Shown: piece by piece, positions 40,101 through 55,100 of the stretch
Layout of the letters: each line of letters begins with the position of its first letter
Position numbering within the stretch: the stretch's first letter is position 1
NCBI GenBank assembly: GCA_030390025.1
Contig: CM059427.1
Span: 20,274,001-20,338,000, forward strand
DNA length: 64,000 bases
From: Squalus acanthias
Taxonomy: Eukaryota
Direction of reading: 5' to 3'
The notes under the pieces: model-generated
The model's database searches: none
What the model was told of the DNA's origin: nothing
What the model saw: the letters and a program-made list of their open reading frames with translations, nothing else
Made by a program: the position numbers and the translations under genes

Positions 40101-43100
40101 AATTATATAGTGTACAAAGGAAAGAAACTGGAGAGTACACTATTGTTGCAGAGAACCCAAGCGGATCCAAATCAGCTAATGTAAAACTTAAAGTACTAGG
40201 TAAAAAGATTTTAAAATGCTTCATAAAATATATGTGTGAATCTACTGTTAATTGTACAATAGCTTCATAAAATGTGTATGTGAATGTGCATCTATATATT
40301 TAATAGCTTCATAAAACATATGCACTTTCTTGAGAAACTAATGAAAAAGGGGAAAACAAGATTTTTCATTTTTAAATTAATATTTAATTTAAAAATATAA
40401 CGTTTCTAAAATATTAATGCAGCCTTACTTTCTATTTTTTTTCCAGATAAACCTGGTCCACCAGCTTCTATCAAAATTAACAATATTTATTCAGATCGTG
40501 TTACTGTGAATTGGGAACCTCCTCTTGAGGATGGAGGTGCTGAGATTACTAACTACATTGTTGATAAGCGTGAGACGAGCCGTCCTAATTGGGCTCTAGT
40601 TACTGCCAATTTACAACTTACAAAGTGTGGTATAGAAAAGTTGATAGAAGGACATGAATACCAGTTCCGCGTCAGTGCTGAAAACAAATATGGTGTCGGT
40701 GACCCAATCATGGCCAATCCAGTTGTTGCTAAGAATCCCTATAGTAAGTAAAACACTTTTTTTTAGTTCTGTAGCTATTTTTGATTTTAATTGCTAAACA
40801 GACAAAAGATATTTAACATTTACTTGTATTCTTTACAGATGTACCTGGGCCATGTGATCCTCCAATAATTAGCAACATCACAAAAGATCATATGATTGTT
40901 AGCTGGAAAGTGCCATCAGATGATGGTGGCTCTCCGGTGACTGGATACTTACTGGAGAAACGTGAGTCAAACGCTGTTACTTGGTCAAAAGTCAACAGGA
41001 AACCAGTATTGGAAAGAACAGTTAAAGCTACAGGACTTCAGGAAGGCACTGAGTATGAGTACCGAGTTATTGCTTTGAATAAAGCTGGACCAGGCAAACC
41101 CAGTGAATCTTCAAAAGCAGCAACTGCCCTTGATCCTCAATGTAAGCAGATATGTGATATATTATATATTATATATATGTATGTGTACTATATTTCAGTC
41201 TCTTATTTTTTAAACTTTTTTTCACACAAATTATTTTATTTCCATTCAGATCCTCCAGGACCTCCTGCCTTCCCAAAAGTGGTTGATACAACTAGGAGTA
41301 CTATCAGCTTGTCCTGGAGTAAGCCAGCATATGATGGTGGCAGTCCAATCTTGGGATATCTAGTTGAAGTTAAGCGTGGAGATGGTGAAAACTGGATAAA
41401 AAGCAATGTACCAAAAAGTCTTCGTGATACACACTATATTGTTACAGGACTATCTGAAGGCACTGAATATCAGTTCCGCGTAAGCGCAGTGAACAAAATA
41501 GGCTACAGTGATCCAAGTGAAGTGCCTGAAAAACATACTGCCAAGGATATTTTGAGTAGGTTTTCATTACTCGTGTGAAGCAAATTAAATATCGTCACTA
41601 AACATTATAATAATACTCAGCAGGGCAGGCAGCATCTGTGGAGAGATAAACAGTATTTTTCTGAAGTTGCCATCTCCATTATTTAAATGGAAGCATTATC
41701 CCATTTTAAGTAAATGGGTTAATGCCTTTGCTAAAAAAGTAGAGGGGGAATTTCAGATAAAAATTTTAAATGTTCCTAGTCCAGTATCCGACAGCATAAT
41801 TTCAGAGTCCGTGTTTTCTCTCTTTTAATCTGTCCCTGGGTTTCTGTTACTATCCCCTTTTATTCCGTGTTTCTTTGTTAATATCCATCTCTCTCCCTCT
41901 CTCTTTCACTTTCTCTCTTTCTCGCTATGTTCCTGGGACCAGAGCTGCTGCACTATGGAGAGCCATGAGAAGGGGAGCATGGGAAACTGACAGAACCATT
42001 CCTGAGCAGAGAGCATGGGGAGGGAATGGGAGAGTGTAGATCAGCTGGAACTAGCACCAGACATGCATGCCCTTGGCGTGCTGTAAATGTGCATACATTC
42101 TTCAAACTGGCCCTTAGGAAAGTGGCCTGGGTTGGTCACTGCCATGGTGCATAGTAGTGCCATCTTTCTAATAGGGAAGGTGTATACAGACTCAGGTTGT
42201 GCTTTTTAGTGGGAATGGTTAGATGTTGAAGTGATTGTAATGTGAAATGGGAATTTTATGGGTAAGTTTATGACTATTTTTGTACAATATTGATTTTTTT
42301 TGTTTTAGTTATGTAATAAAGATACTTTGAGGTATACAGTCGGGTGGATGAAGCAATTTTTGCATGGAATGTGACTGAAACAAATGACATCATAGTGGTG
42401 GTCATGTGACATTGTTCTGGGATCTGATTGAACAGACAGGTTGAAGTGACAATGTTCTCTGGGATGTAACTGGTTGAAGAGATAGTGGCCTCTGGTTCTG
42501 TGATCTGTTTGGGAGAAGCGACTGTATGACATTGTGACACGCAAACACATCTTGACATGTACTGAAGATTTTTAATAATAAAGATTGAAATATATTTTTT
42601 TTCTGAACAGTTGCTCCTGAAGCAGATCTGGATGCTGAGTTAAGGAAGGTACTTGTTCTGCGTGCTGGTGTCACAATGAGAATCTATGTACCAGTGAGAG
42701 GTCGGCCTCCACCGAAGATTAGTTGGGCTAAAAAGGATGCCAACATCAAGGATAGACAAGGACTTGAAATCAGAACTTCAGAATATGACACAATGTTGTA
42801 CTGCGAAAATGTGGATCGATACGATGCTGGAAAGTACATTTTAACTTTAGAAAATAGCAGTGGAATAAAGGCATACACACTTATTGTAAAGGTTCTTGGT
42901 AAGTTGTTACTAATTATTTCCTTGTCATAAAAAGTAAAATGTTATTATTGTAAAGCTAGTTGATTGTAATTGTTTTATTCAGTGAGACAACTATTTACTT
43001 TTTTTTTACTTTTTAATTAGATACTCCTGGTCCTCCAGTTAATCTTATAGTTAAAGAAACATCAAAGGATTTTGCTGTTATATCATGGGATCCTCCTCTT

Positions 43101-46100
43101 GTGGATGGTGGCAGTCCAGTTAAAAATTACATTGTAGAGAAACGAGATGCTGAAAGAAAGGCGTGGTCAACTGTAGCAACTGAATGTGCCAAGACAAGTT
43201 TCAGAATTATTAACTTGGAAGAAAGTAAATATTACTACTTCAGAGTTCTGGCTGAAAATGAGTATGGCATTGGTGAACCTTGTGAGACAAAAGATGCTGT
43301 GAGAGCTTCAGGTAAAGAATAAAATAATACCTGTTAGAGTGTAGCATAATTATTTTTCATAATGTAATACAGAGCAAAAAACTATGCATATTGTAATTTT
43401 TTGCCACTAAAAATAATGCATTTTATTAATATAGAAGAACCTGGGCCTGTGATAGACTTGAAGACTGCAGCTGTGTCCAAGAAATCTTGCACTTTGACAT
43501 GGAAAAAACCAATCAGTGATGGTGGAACCCGAATTATTGCTTATGTTGTTGAAATGATGCTTGAAGGGGACAGGTTGCACGAGTTGATGAGGTCCAAGAA
43601 TATGACATTTATAACAAATGAACTGGAAGAAGGAAAAGAATACACTTTCAGAGTAAGAGCACAGAATGATGCTGGATACAGTGTCCCACGTGAAATTACA
43701 GTTCTAGCAAAGGATCAAATTGGTGAGTAATTTTTCACATTACTATAGTAACAAGCTCCTATTGACGTCTACAGTTTGTCTTGCAATAAATACAAGTTTG
43801 ATTACAAGTGTGAATCGTTGAAAGTAGAATAAATAATATTTGGTAATGGTAGCTAACCAAACTAGACCTAGATAGACACATGACACTTTACCTTGTCCTC
43901 AGAATGTTCTAAAGTGCTTCATAGCTAATAAATTACTTTTAAAGTGTAGTCACTGCTGTTATGTAGACAAATATGGCAGCCACTGGAAATAAGGCGAATA
44001 ACCAGTACACTTTTTTGTTGAGGAAGGAATGTTGTCCAGGATTTCAGAAAAATTCTCTATTCTTCTTCAAATTGTGCCATGGTATCTTTTACATGCACCT
44101 GAACCACCAAAGCAGATTGATGGAGCCTCAATTTAACATCTCAGCATTTCCTCAATACTACATTCAGTTGTCAGCCTAGATTACATGCTCAAGCCCAAAT
44201 GGAGCTTGAACCTACAAAGTTCTGACTGTGAGATGGGTGTGCGAAATGAGGCACACTAACACCTAATCCTACAACAACTACAACCTTTAAAATGGCACTT
44301 AACCCTGTAACAATCCTGTAAAGCCTATACGTGTAACAATTTAATCTGGAGGTAGGTGAGCTTTAAAAAAAAAATGTGGTAATCTGCTTGGCAATTAACA
44401 GGTTTAAACTAAAACTACAACAATCAGATAGGATGTTTTGAATTTAAAAGGGAACCTCACCACCAGTAAACTAAACTATTAGGTCATGTCTGACTAATCT
44501 AGTTGAATTCTTTGAGGAGGTCACTAACAAGGTGGACAGAGGAGTGTCTATGAATGTTATCTATATGGATTTCCAGAAGGCATTTGATAAGGTTCCGCAC
44601 AAGAGATTATTAGCAAAATGAGAGCTAAGAAAGACAAATCGTAATATTTTCTTAATGGCGAGAGACTAGGAGCTGTAGAGGAGCAAAGGAATTTGGGTGT
44701 CCAGGTACACAAATCACTAAAAGCTAGTGCACAGGTACAAAAAGTAATCAAAAAGGCTAATGGAATGTTGTTGTTTGTCTCAAGAGGGTTGGAATACAAA
44801 GGGGAGGAAGGTATGCTTCAGTTGTACAGAGCCTTGGTCAAACCATCAGGAGTATTGCATTCAGTTCTGGGCACCGCACCTCAGGAAGGATATATTAGCC
44901 TTGGAGTGGGTATAGCACAGATGCATTTTCTTGAGTTTAAAAAGTTGAAGGGTGATCGAATTGAGGTGTTTAAATTGATAAATGGATTCAATAGAGTAGA
45001 TACAGAGAAGCTATTTTCTCTGGTGGAGGAATCCAGAACATGGGGATACAATCTTAAAATTAAGACTAGGTCATTCCTGAGTGAAATCAGGAAGTACTTT
45101 TTCACACAAAGGGTAGTGGAAATATGTAATTCTTTCCCCCCAAAAGGCTGTGGATGCTGAGACAATTGAAATTTTCAAAACTGACATTAACAGATTTTTA
45201 TTAGGTTAGGGTATCAAGGGATATGGATTGAAGGCAGGTAAATGGAGTTGAGTTACAGATCGGCCAAGATCTAATTGAATGGCGTGACGTCGAGAGGCTG
45301 AATGGCCCACTCCTGTTCCTATTATAGGATATACATAGTATTTCCACCTTTATTTATAAGGTTCCAAGTCTTAATAAATTACATTTTTCTTACATTATTA
45401 AGGTTGGCACAAGCTAAATACACAATATGAGCAGTGGTTCTAATAGTTACATCAGTTGGTCAGTGACCGTTATAATAATCTCATTGAAATTGTTTAGCCT
45501 ATGTCACCTATGGTAAATTATTTTAAGTCAATCCTCAATCTACACAGTATACCTTCTTAAGGTTTTACCTATAATAAAACATTGCAAGTTATTATTAAAA
45601 CATAAGAGCGGTTTCAAAATATAATTATCAAAATTGAAATTTGAACTTATTAAACTAAATCACTCTCTTTTTCTCAATAGTACCACCAAATATTGATTTA
45701 AGAGACATCCCTGACCTAACATACATTGCCAAGGAGGGAAGTAGTATCCGTATAAAGATTCCAATCAGTGGCAAACCTGCACCAAATGTAACATGGAAGA
45801 AAGGTGAAGACCAGCTACAGGAAAGTGGAAGAGTATATGTGGAATCCACAGCAATTAATACAACACTCGCAGTGCGAGATTGTCAAAAGAATGACGCTGG
45901 AAAATACACAATCAACTTGAAGAATGCTGCTGGCACGAAAGAAGCTGCACTATTCATGAAAGTAGTTGGAAAGCCTGGAATACCAACTGCACCTTTACGT
46001 TTTGATGACGTAACGGCAGATGCACTTACTTTAATCTGGGCCCCCCCTAAGGATGATGGTGGTGCAGAAATTACTAATTATATTTTAGAAAAGCGAGATA

Positions 46101-49100
46101 ACTTCACCAATAAATGGGTGACATGCGCCTCTGCTGTACAAAAAACAACATTCAGAATTACAAGGCTTCATGAAGGAAATGAGTACATGTTTAGAGTCAG
46201 TGCTGAGAATAAATATGGAGTGGGTGAAGGCCTGAAATCCGACCCTATCATAGCCAGGCATCCATTTGGTAAGCATCAATGCAATTTGCAACTAAACTTT
46301 AATTATAGTGCTACATTCATTTTTAAACTGATTAATATTTCTCTCTCTCCCTCCCCCAAGATGTGCCTGATGCTCCTTTACCACCAGAAATAGTTGCAGT
46401 CAGACATGACTCTGTCTCCCTTACTTGGACGGATCCAAAGAGGACTGGTGGCTCCCCTATCACAGGTACAAAGTATAAATTTCTCCCTTTTGACCAGCAA
46501 TTAAACATATATAACTTTGCAACATTTATTTTAAACTATTTATTTTTTTGCACCAGGTTATCATGTTGAGTATAAAGAAAGAAACAGCCTCCTTTGGAAG
46601 CGAGCAAGCAAGACCGCACTAAGAATGAAGGATTTTAGAGTGCCAGGCTTGACTGAAGGTCTTGAATATGAATTTAGAGTTATAGCAATTAACTTGGCTG
46701 GTGAAGGCAAACCTAGTGGACCATCACATCCCGTTACTACACTTGATCCAATTGGTATGTGAAATCCATTGCACAGTTGCTCATTTGTTATTATTACATA
46801 TTATAAATGATAAAATCATCATCTGACATATAAAATGTTTTTCTTTTCAGATCCTCCTGGAAAACCTGAAGTCATTAATGTTACCCGGAACTCTGTGACC
46901 CTAATCTGGACTGAGCCAAAGTATGATGGTGGTCACAAACTAGTTGGCTACATTGTTGAGAAACGTGACCTGCCTTCAAAGGCCTGGATGAAAGCAAATC
47001 ATATTAACATTCAAGAGTGTGCTTTTACTGTTAATGATCTTACTGAGGGCTGTAAGTATGAATTCCGTGTAAGAGCAAAGAATGGAGCAGGAGCAATTAG
47101 TCCACCATCTGAAACTACAGGAACCATTATCTGCCAGGATGAATATGGTATGTCATTTTCTTTTTTTGCCACATGATTAAAAAAAATGTAAAAAATACAT
47201 TTAGTATTACTAATACACTTCTTTATTTCTTTTACACCCACAGTACCACCAACAATTGTAATTGATCCGACTATTAAAGAAGGCTTAACAGTTAAAGCTG
47301 GTGAAACTATTATAATTACTGCTACTAGTATTCTTGGCAAACCTCCACCAACATCAGTATGGTCTAAGGGTGGAAAAGACTTCAAGGTCTCTGACATTGT
47401 CCAAATTGAAAAAACTCCAACTTCCTCAACACTGTCTGTTAAATACGCTACTAGAAAAGATTCTGGCGAATATACTATCGCTGCCAGCAATCCATTTGGC
47501 ATCAAAGAAGAACATGTGCATGTGAAAGTGTTGGATGTTCCAGGTCCTCCAGGACCTATTGAAATAAGCAATGTTTCATCTGAGAAAGTTACACTAAATT
47601 GGTTACCTCCAGCTGAAGATGGAGGTTCTCCAGTCAAATCTTACACAATCGAAAAGAGAGAAACCAGTCGTCTTCTCTGGACTTTAGTTGCCGAAAATGT
47701 TCCAAGCTGCAGATATGTTGCAAGCAAACTTATACAGGGAAATGAATATATCTTCCGTGTCTCTGCTCTAAATCATTATGGGATTGGTGAGCCAGTACAG
47801 GCGGAACCAGTTAAGATGGTGGATAGTTTTGGTAATCACATTTATTTTAAAATATTGAGCATTACATGACTTTTGTATATTTGGCTTGATAGAAATATAA
47901 ACTTCATTTGTGATATTCCTCTTTCAGGTCCCCCTGGCCCACCTGCAAAGCCTGAGGTTACTAATGTTACCAAAAATACAGTTACTATTGGCTGGAAGAG
48001 GCCAGCTGATGATGGTGGTAGTGAAATCACAGGATACATTGTGGAGCGTAAAGAAAAGAAAGGCCTCAGATGGGTTAGAGCAACAAAGAAACCAATCTCA
48101 GATCTACGACATAAAGTAACAGGACTCAGTGAAGGAACTGAGTATGAATTCCGTGTCAGTGCAGAAAATAAGGCAGGCATTGGCGCACCAAGTGAACCGT
48201 CACAACCAGTATTGACAAAAGATGTAGCATGTAAGTATTAAATTTACATCACAGTTTTCTCATCTTTGTTATCAGTGAATTATTCTGTGAAAATAGACAT
48301 ACTTAAATATAACTATGTTATTTTCTTTTCATTTAATTTATACAGATGTACCTGGACCGCCTTCTAACCCAAGAGTGGTTGACACAACAAAGACTACTGC
48401 TAGTTTGACTTGGGGAAAACCCCACTATGATGGTGGCCTTGACATTATTGGCTATATAGTCGAACACAAGAAAGAAGGAGATGAGAACTGGATAAAAGAC
48501 ACAACAGGCACTGCACTCAGAATAACTGAATTTGTTGTTGCTAACCTTCAGACAGGAGAAAAATACCACTTCCGAGTTAGTGCCCTCAATGCAGAGGGTG
48601 TTGGTGAACCTGCACAAGTTGAAGGTGTTATTGAAATTAAGGAACGTGAACAAGGACCTGATTTTGAGTTAGATGCTGAGCTGAGAAGAACTCTTGTTGT
48701 CAGAGCTGGAGTAACCATTCGCATTTTTGTACCAATCAAGGGACGTCCAACTCCTGATGTCACATGGTTTAAAGGAGACATCCCTGTTAAAGGCCGTGCC
48801 ACTGTAGAAACCACAGATTCATACACATTTCTGCATATCCCAGACTGCACAAGATATGATGCTGGAAAGTACACAATGTGTCTTGAAAATGTTGCTGGTA
48901 AAAAGAGTGGTTTTGTAAATGTGAGAGTCCTAGACTCACCAGGACCACCTATAAATCTCAAAGCCAGAGAAATAACAAAAGATAGCATTACAATCCAATG
49001 GGATACGCCAATGATTGATGGTGGTTCACGGGTAACCAATTACATTATAGAAAAGCGAGAATCAACTCGGAAGGCATACTCTACCATCACAACCAATTGC

Positions 49101-52100
49101 CAGAAATGTTCACTCAGAATTGTCAATTTGTCAGAAGGATGTGAGTATTATTTCAGAGTAATGGCAGAGAATGAATATGGCATAGGTGAACCAGCTGAGA
49201 CTGCAGATCCTTTAAGAGCATCTGAAGCCCCATCACCTCCAGAACGCCTGCATATTATGGATATAACTAAGCATACTGTTAGTCTAGCTTGGCCAAAACC
49301 AGAACATGATGGCGGTAGCAAGATTACAGGATATGTACTTGAGGCACAGAAGAAAGATTCTGAAAAGTGGCTGCCTCTGGCAACTGTAAAGGCACTAGAT
49401 TATGTTGCAAAGAATCTTAATGAAAATGAAGAATATACATTCCGAGTCATAGCAGTAAATGCTGCTGGAAGGAGTGATCCACGAGAAAGCAAACCCGTTG
49501 TTGTCAAGGAACAAACAATGCTTCCAGAATTTGATCTGCGTGGCGTATACCAGAAGCTTGTGATTGCAAAGGCAGGTGATAATATCAAAGTTGATATCCC
49601 TGTTCTTGGTCGGCCAAAACCAACAGTCACATGGAAGAAGGAAGACCAGCCTTTGAAGCAAACACAGAGAATAAATATTGAAAATACAGCAAACTCAACC
49701 ATACTTAACATCAATGAATGCATAAGAAATGACTGTGGCAAGTTTACACTGACAGCTAGAAATATACTTGGTGAAGTAAGTGACATCATCACTGTTCAGG
49801 TTCATGACATACCTGGACCCCCCAAAGGGCCAATTAAATTTGATGAAATTTCATCTGACTACCTTTTGCTGTCATGGGAGCCTCCTGAAAATGATGGTGG
49901 AGTGCCAATAAACAATTACATTGTAGAAATGCGTGAGACCAACAGTACTTCATGGGTAGAGCAAGCAGCTACTGTAATACGTACATCATTTAAAGCTCCT
50001 CACCTTACGACTGGAACTGAATACCAATTCCGAGTTAAGGCTCAAAACAGATATGGTACTGGTCCTGCAATTGCTTCAGAGGCTGTTGTTGCAGCATATC
50101 CATTTAAGGTGCCTGGACCTCCTGGAACTCCACAAGTTATTGCCGTTAATAAGGATTCAATGACTATCACCTGGAATGACCCTGTTTCTGATGGTGGAAG
50201 TCCCATTTTGGGATACCACATTGAAAGAAAGGAAAGAAATAGTATACTGTGGCAAACTATAAGTAAGACTTCGGTTGTAGGCACCACGTTTAAATCAGCT
50301 GGGCTTACAGATGGCATTGCATACGAATTCCGTGTTGTAGCAGAAAACATGGCTGGGAAAGGTAAACCAAGTAAACCATCAGAATCAGTATATGCATTGG
50401 ACCCCATTGATCCTCCTGGTAAACCAGTTCCACTTAACATTACAAGACATTCTGTAACACTCACCTGGACAAAACCAGAATATGATGGAGGCTTTAAGAT
50501 AACTGGTTACACAGTTGAAAAGAGAGATATGCCTAATGGCCGCTGGCTTAAGGCAAACTTTAGCAATGTGCTAGAGACTGTGTTTACTGTCAGTGGTCTT
50601 AATGAAGGTGACACATATGAATTCCGCATAGTAGCTCGAAATGCTGCTGGTTCGGTAAGCAAGCCATCTGAGCCTACTGATGCAATAATATGCAGAGATG
50701 ACATTGAAGAACCCAGAATAATGGTTGATGCTAAATTCAGGACTGTTTTACTATTGAAAGCTGGTGAAAACTTCAAACTTGAGGCGGATGTTAGAGGACA
50801 GCCACCACCAACAATGGTTTGGACGAAAGATGGAAATGATCTTGAAGAAACAGGAAAAATAGAAGTAAAGATGACAGATTTCTCTACTGTTCTAATCCAC
50901 AAAGACAGTGTAAGAAGAGATGGTGGTGCTTATACACTTACTGCATCCAATCCTGGAGGATCAGCGAAGCATGTTTTTAACGTCAAGATTTTGGATAGGC
51001 CAGGACCTCCTGAAGGACCTATAGTAATTTCAGACGTCACATCAGAAAAATGTGTGATATCATGGTTGCCACCACCAGATGATGGCGGTGCAAAGATTGA
51101 ACATTATGTAGTTGAAAAACGTGAAACCAGTAGACTTGCGTGGACAAGTGTGGCTGCAGATGTTCAAATAACCAAATTAAAGATAACCAAACTTCTGAAA
51201 GGGAATGAATATATTTTCCGTGTTATGGCAGTAAATAAATACGGGGTTGGTGAGTCATTAGAATCTGATCCTGTTGCTGCTGTTAATCCATTTGTACCAC
51301 CTAGCCCACCAAAGACACCTGAAGTTACAGCAATTACAAAGGATTCAATGGTGGTTTGTTGGGGACATCCTGATTCTGATGGTGGAAGTGAAATTACTAA
51401 CTACATTGTTGAGAGGCGTGACAAGACAGGAATGCGTTGGGTTAAATGTAACAAAAGAACAGTCACTGATTTACGATACAAAGTTGGTAGGCTCACAGAA
51501 GGACATGAATATGAATACAGAATCATGGCTGAAAATGCTGCTGGTGTAAGTCAACCCAGTTCTTCCAGCTCATACTACAAAGCAATTGACACTGTATTCA
51601 AACCTGGACCACCAGGTAACCCTAGAGTGCTAGATACCAGCAGATCTTCAATCACTATTGCATGGAATAAACCTATTTATGATGGTGGCTCAGAAATTAC
51701 AGGTTACATGGTTGAAACAAGTCTACCTGAAGAAGATGAATGGACAGTTGTAACACCACAGAGTGGACTCAAGGCTACATCATTCACAATCACTGATCTA
51801 AAAGAAAACCAAGAATACAAAGTTCGCATATATGCTATCAACTCTGAAGGTATTGGAGAGCCTGCACAAATTCCTGGAACAGCTAAAGCTGAAGAAAGGT
51901 TATTGCCTCCTGAGATTGAGCTTGATGCAGACTTGCGCAAAGTGGTATCTATAAGAGCTTGCTGCACTTTGAGATTATTTGTTACAGTTAGAGGAAGACC
52001 AACACCTGAGATTAAATGGGCAAGGGCAGATGGGGAGCCCCTAGATAGAGCTTCAATTGAAACTACAAGCTCATACACTCTCCTTATCATTTCAAATGTA

Positions 52101-55100
52101 AATCGATTTGATAGTGGCAAATATGTCTTAACAGTAGAGAACAGTGGCGGCAGCAAGACTGCTTTTGTAAATGTTAGAGTTCTGGATACCCCAGGAGCAG
52201 CACAAAATCTTAAAATTAAGGAAGTTTCCAAAGACTCTGTTACAATTACTTGGGAGCCCCCACTCATTGATGGTGGCTCCAAGATTAAGAATTACATAGT
52301 GGAGAAAAGAGAATCGACAAGAAAAGCATACTCTACAGTGATTGCCAACTGTCATAAGACAAGCTGGAAGGTGGATCACTTACAAGAAGGTTGTAACTAT
52401 TACTTCCGTGTCCTAGCTGAAAATGAGTATGGAATAGGTCTTCCTGTTGAGACAGCTGACTCAGTTAAAGTATCAGAAAGACCACTTCCACCAGGCAAAG
52501 TAACTCTTGTGGATGTGACAAGAAACAGTGCAGTTTTGTCATGGGAAAAACCAGAGCATGACGGAGGCAGCAGAATTTTAGGATACATAGTGGAAATGCA
52601 AAGTAAAGGCAGTGAAAAGTGGACAACATGTACGACCGTGAAAGTAACTGAAGCCACCATAAAAGGTTTGACACAAGGTGAAGAGTATATGTTCCGAGTA
52701 TCAGCACAAAATGAGAAAGGTGTCAGTGATCCTCGACAGCTGGGAGTCCCTGTAATTGCGAAGGATCTTGTGATTGCTCCTGCTTTTAAGCTTCTATTTA
52801 CCACATTCAGTGTCCTAGCAGGAGAAGATTTAAAAGTTGATGTACCATTTATTGGACGCCCTATACCAACAGTATCTTGGCTGAAAGATAATCAGTCATT
52901 AAAACAAACAACAAGGATTAATGCTGAGAGCAAAGATAATAAAGCAGTTCTGATCATCAAGGAGGCCTGTCGTGAAGATGTTGGTCAGTACAATATAAAA
53001 CTTACAAATACTGCTGGTGAAGCATCTGAAAATCTTAGTATTGTTGTTTTAGACAAGCCTGGGCCTCCAACTGGACCAGTCAAAATTGATGAGGTTACTG
53101 CGGACAATATCATTATATCATGGAATCCGCCAGAATATGATGGTGGCTGTCAAATCAGTAATTATATTGTTGAAAAGAGAGACACTTCAACCACTGTCTG
53201 GCAGATTGTTTCTGCTACTGTTGCCCGAATAACTATCAAAGCTGCACGTTTAAAGACTGGTACCGAATATCAATTCAGAATTGCAGCTGAAAATAGATAT
53301 GGAAAGAGCAGTTATCTTACTTCTGAATCCGTTGTGGCACAATACCCTTACAAGACCCCTGGTCCACCTGGTACTCCTTTCATAACAAATATTTCAAAGG
53401 ACAGCATGGTAGTACAATGGAATGAACCTGTCAATGATGGTGGCAGCAAGATTCTAGGTTACCATCTTGAACGCAAAGAAAGAAACAGCATCTTATGGAT
53501 CAAACTGAACAAGTCAATTATTTCTGATACTAAATTAAAGTCCATTAATCTTGAGGAGGGCATTGAATATGAATATAGAGTGTACGGTGAGAATATTGTT
53601 GGCATTGGCAAACCTAGCAAAGTATCTGAATGTGTAGCAGCTAGAGATCCTTGTGATCCTCCTGGTCGTCCTGAAGCTCTAATTGTCACTAGAAATGCAG
53701 TGACACTGCAGTGGACCAAACCTGAATATGACGGTGGCAGCAAAGTCACTGGCTACATTGTTGAAAAGAAAGAACTTCCAGATGGTCGTTGGATGAAGGC
53801 CAGCTTTACTAATGTCATTGATACCCAGTTTGCTGTAACTGGCTTAGTAGAGGACCAGAGATACGAGTTCAGGGTAATTGCTAGAAACGCAGCTAGTGTA
53901 TTCAGTGAACCATCTGAATCCACTGGTCCAATTACTGTTAGAGATGAAGTAGACCCACCTCGAATTAGCATGGATCCACAATATAGGGAAACTATTGTAG
54001 TACATGCAGGTGAATTATTCAAAATTGAAGCTGATGTTTATGGCAAACCAATACCTACAATCCAGTGGATGAAAGTAGAGAAAGAACTTGCAAATACAGC
54101 TCGGCTTGAAATTAAAAGTACAGACTTTAACACAATTCTGACTGTCAAGGAAACTATTCGTGTCGACAGTGGCCAGTATACCCTGTTGGTAAAGAATGTA
54201 GCTGGTCAAAAGTCTGTTGCTGTTAATGTGAAGGTGCTAGACAGACCAGGACCACCAGAAGGGCCAATTGCTATAACTGGGGTAAATGCTGAGAAATGCA
54301 CATTAAACTGGAAGCCACCAAAACAAGATGGTGGCAGTGATGTTTCACATTACATTGTTGAAAAAAGAGAAACAAGTCGTTTGGTTTGGACAGTAGTTGA
54401 GTCTAATCTACAGACTCCGAGTTGCAAAGTTACCAAACTTCTGGAAGGAAATGAATATATCTTCCGTGTTATGGGTGTAAACAAATATGGTGTCGGTGAG
54501 GCACTTGAATCTGATCCAGTAATAGCAAAGAATCCATTTGTACGCCCTGATGCACCAAAAGCACCTGAGGTTACCGCTGTCACAAAGGACTCAATGGTAG
54601 TTGTATGGGAAAGACCTGCATCCGATGGTGGTAGTGAAATTCATGGTTATATTTTGGAAAAACGTGACAAGGAGGGCATAAGATGGACAAGGTGTAACAA
54701 ACGGCTGGTTAGTGAACTACGTTTCAGGGCAACTGGACTTGTTGAAAACCATAATTATGAATTTAGGGTATCTGCTGAGAATGCTGCTGGTGTCAGTGAA
54801 CCAAGTCCATGCTCCATTTTCTACAAGGCATCTGACCCTATCTACAAACCTGGACCACCCAACAATCCTAAAGTAACTGATTTTACAAGATCTTCTGTTT
54901 TCCTTTCATGGGGAAAACCCTATTTATGATGGTGGATGTGAAATCCAAGGATACCTTGTAGAGATGTGTGATATAAGTACTGATGAATGGACAATGTGCA
55001 CTCCAGCAAGTGGCATTAAGCAGACCCGATTTGAAGTGGATAAATTGGTGGAAAAGCATGAATACAAGTTCCGTGTCTGTGCTGTCAATAAGGCTGGAGT

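Noticed and set aside
54909-54930. Programmed ribosomal frameshift or hidden intron at the frameshift
   Set aside because: No GT..AG pair restores WGKPIYDGG, the correction needed is loss of one base rather than a -1 slip, and paralogous repeats have no such signal; a simple indel explains it.
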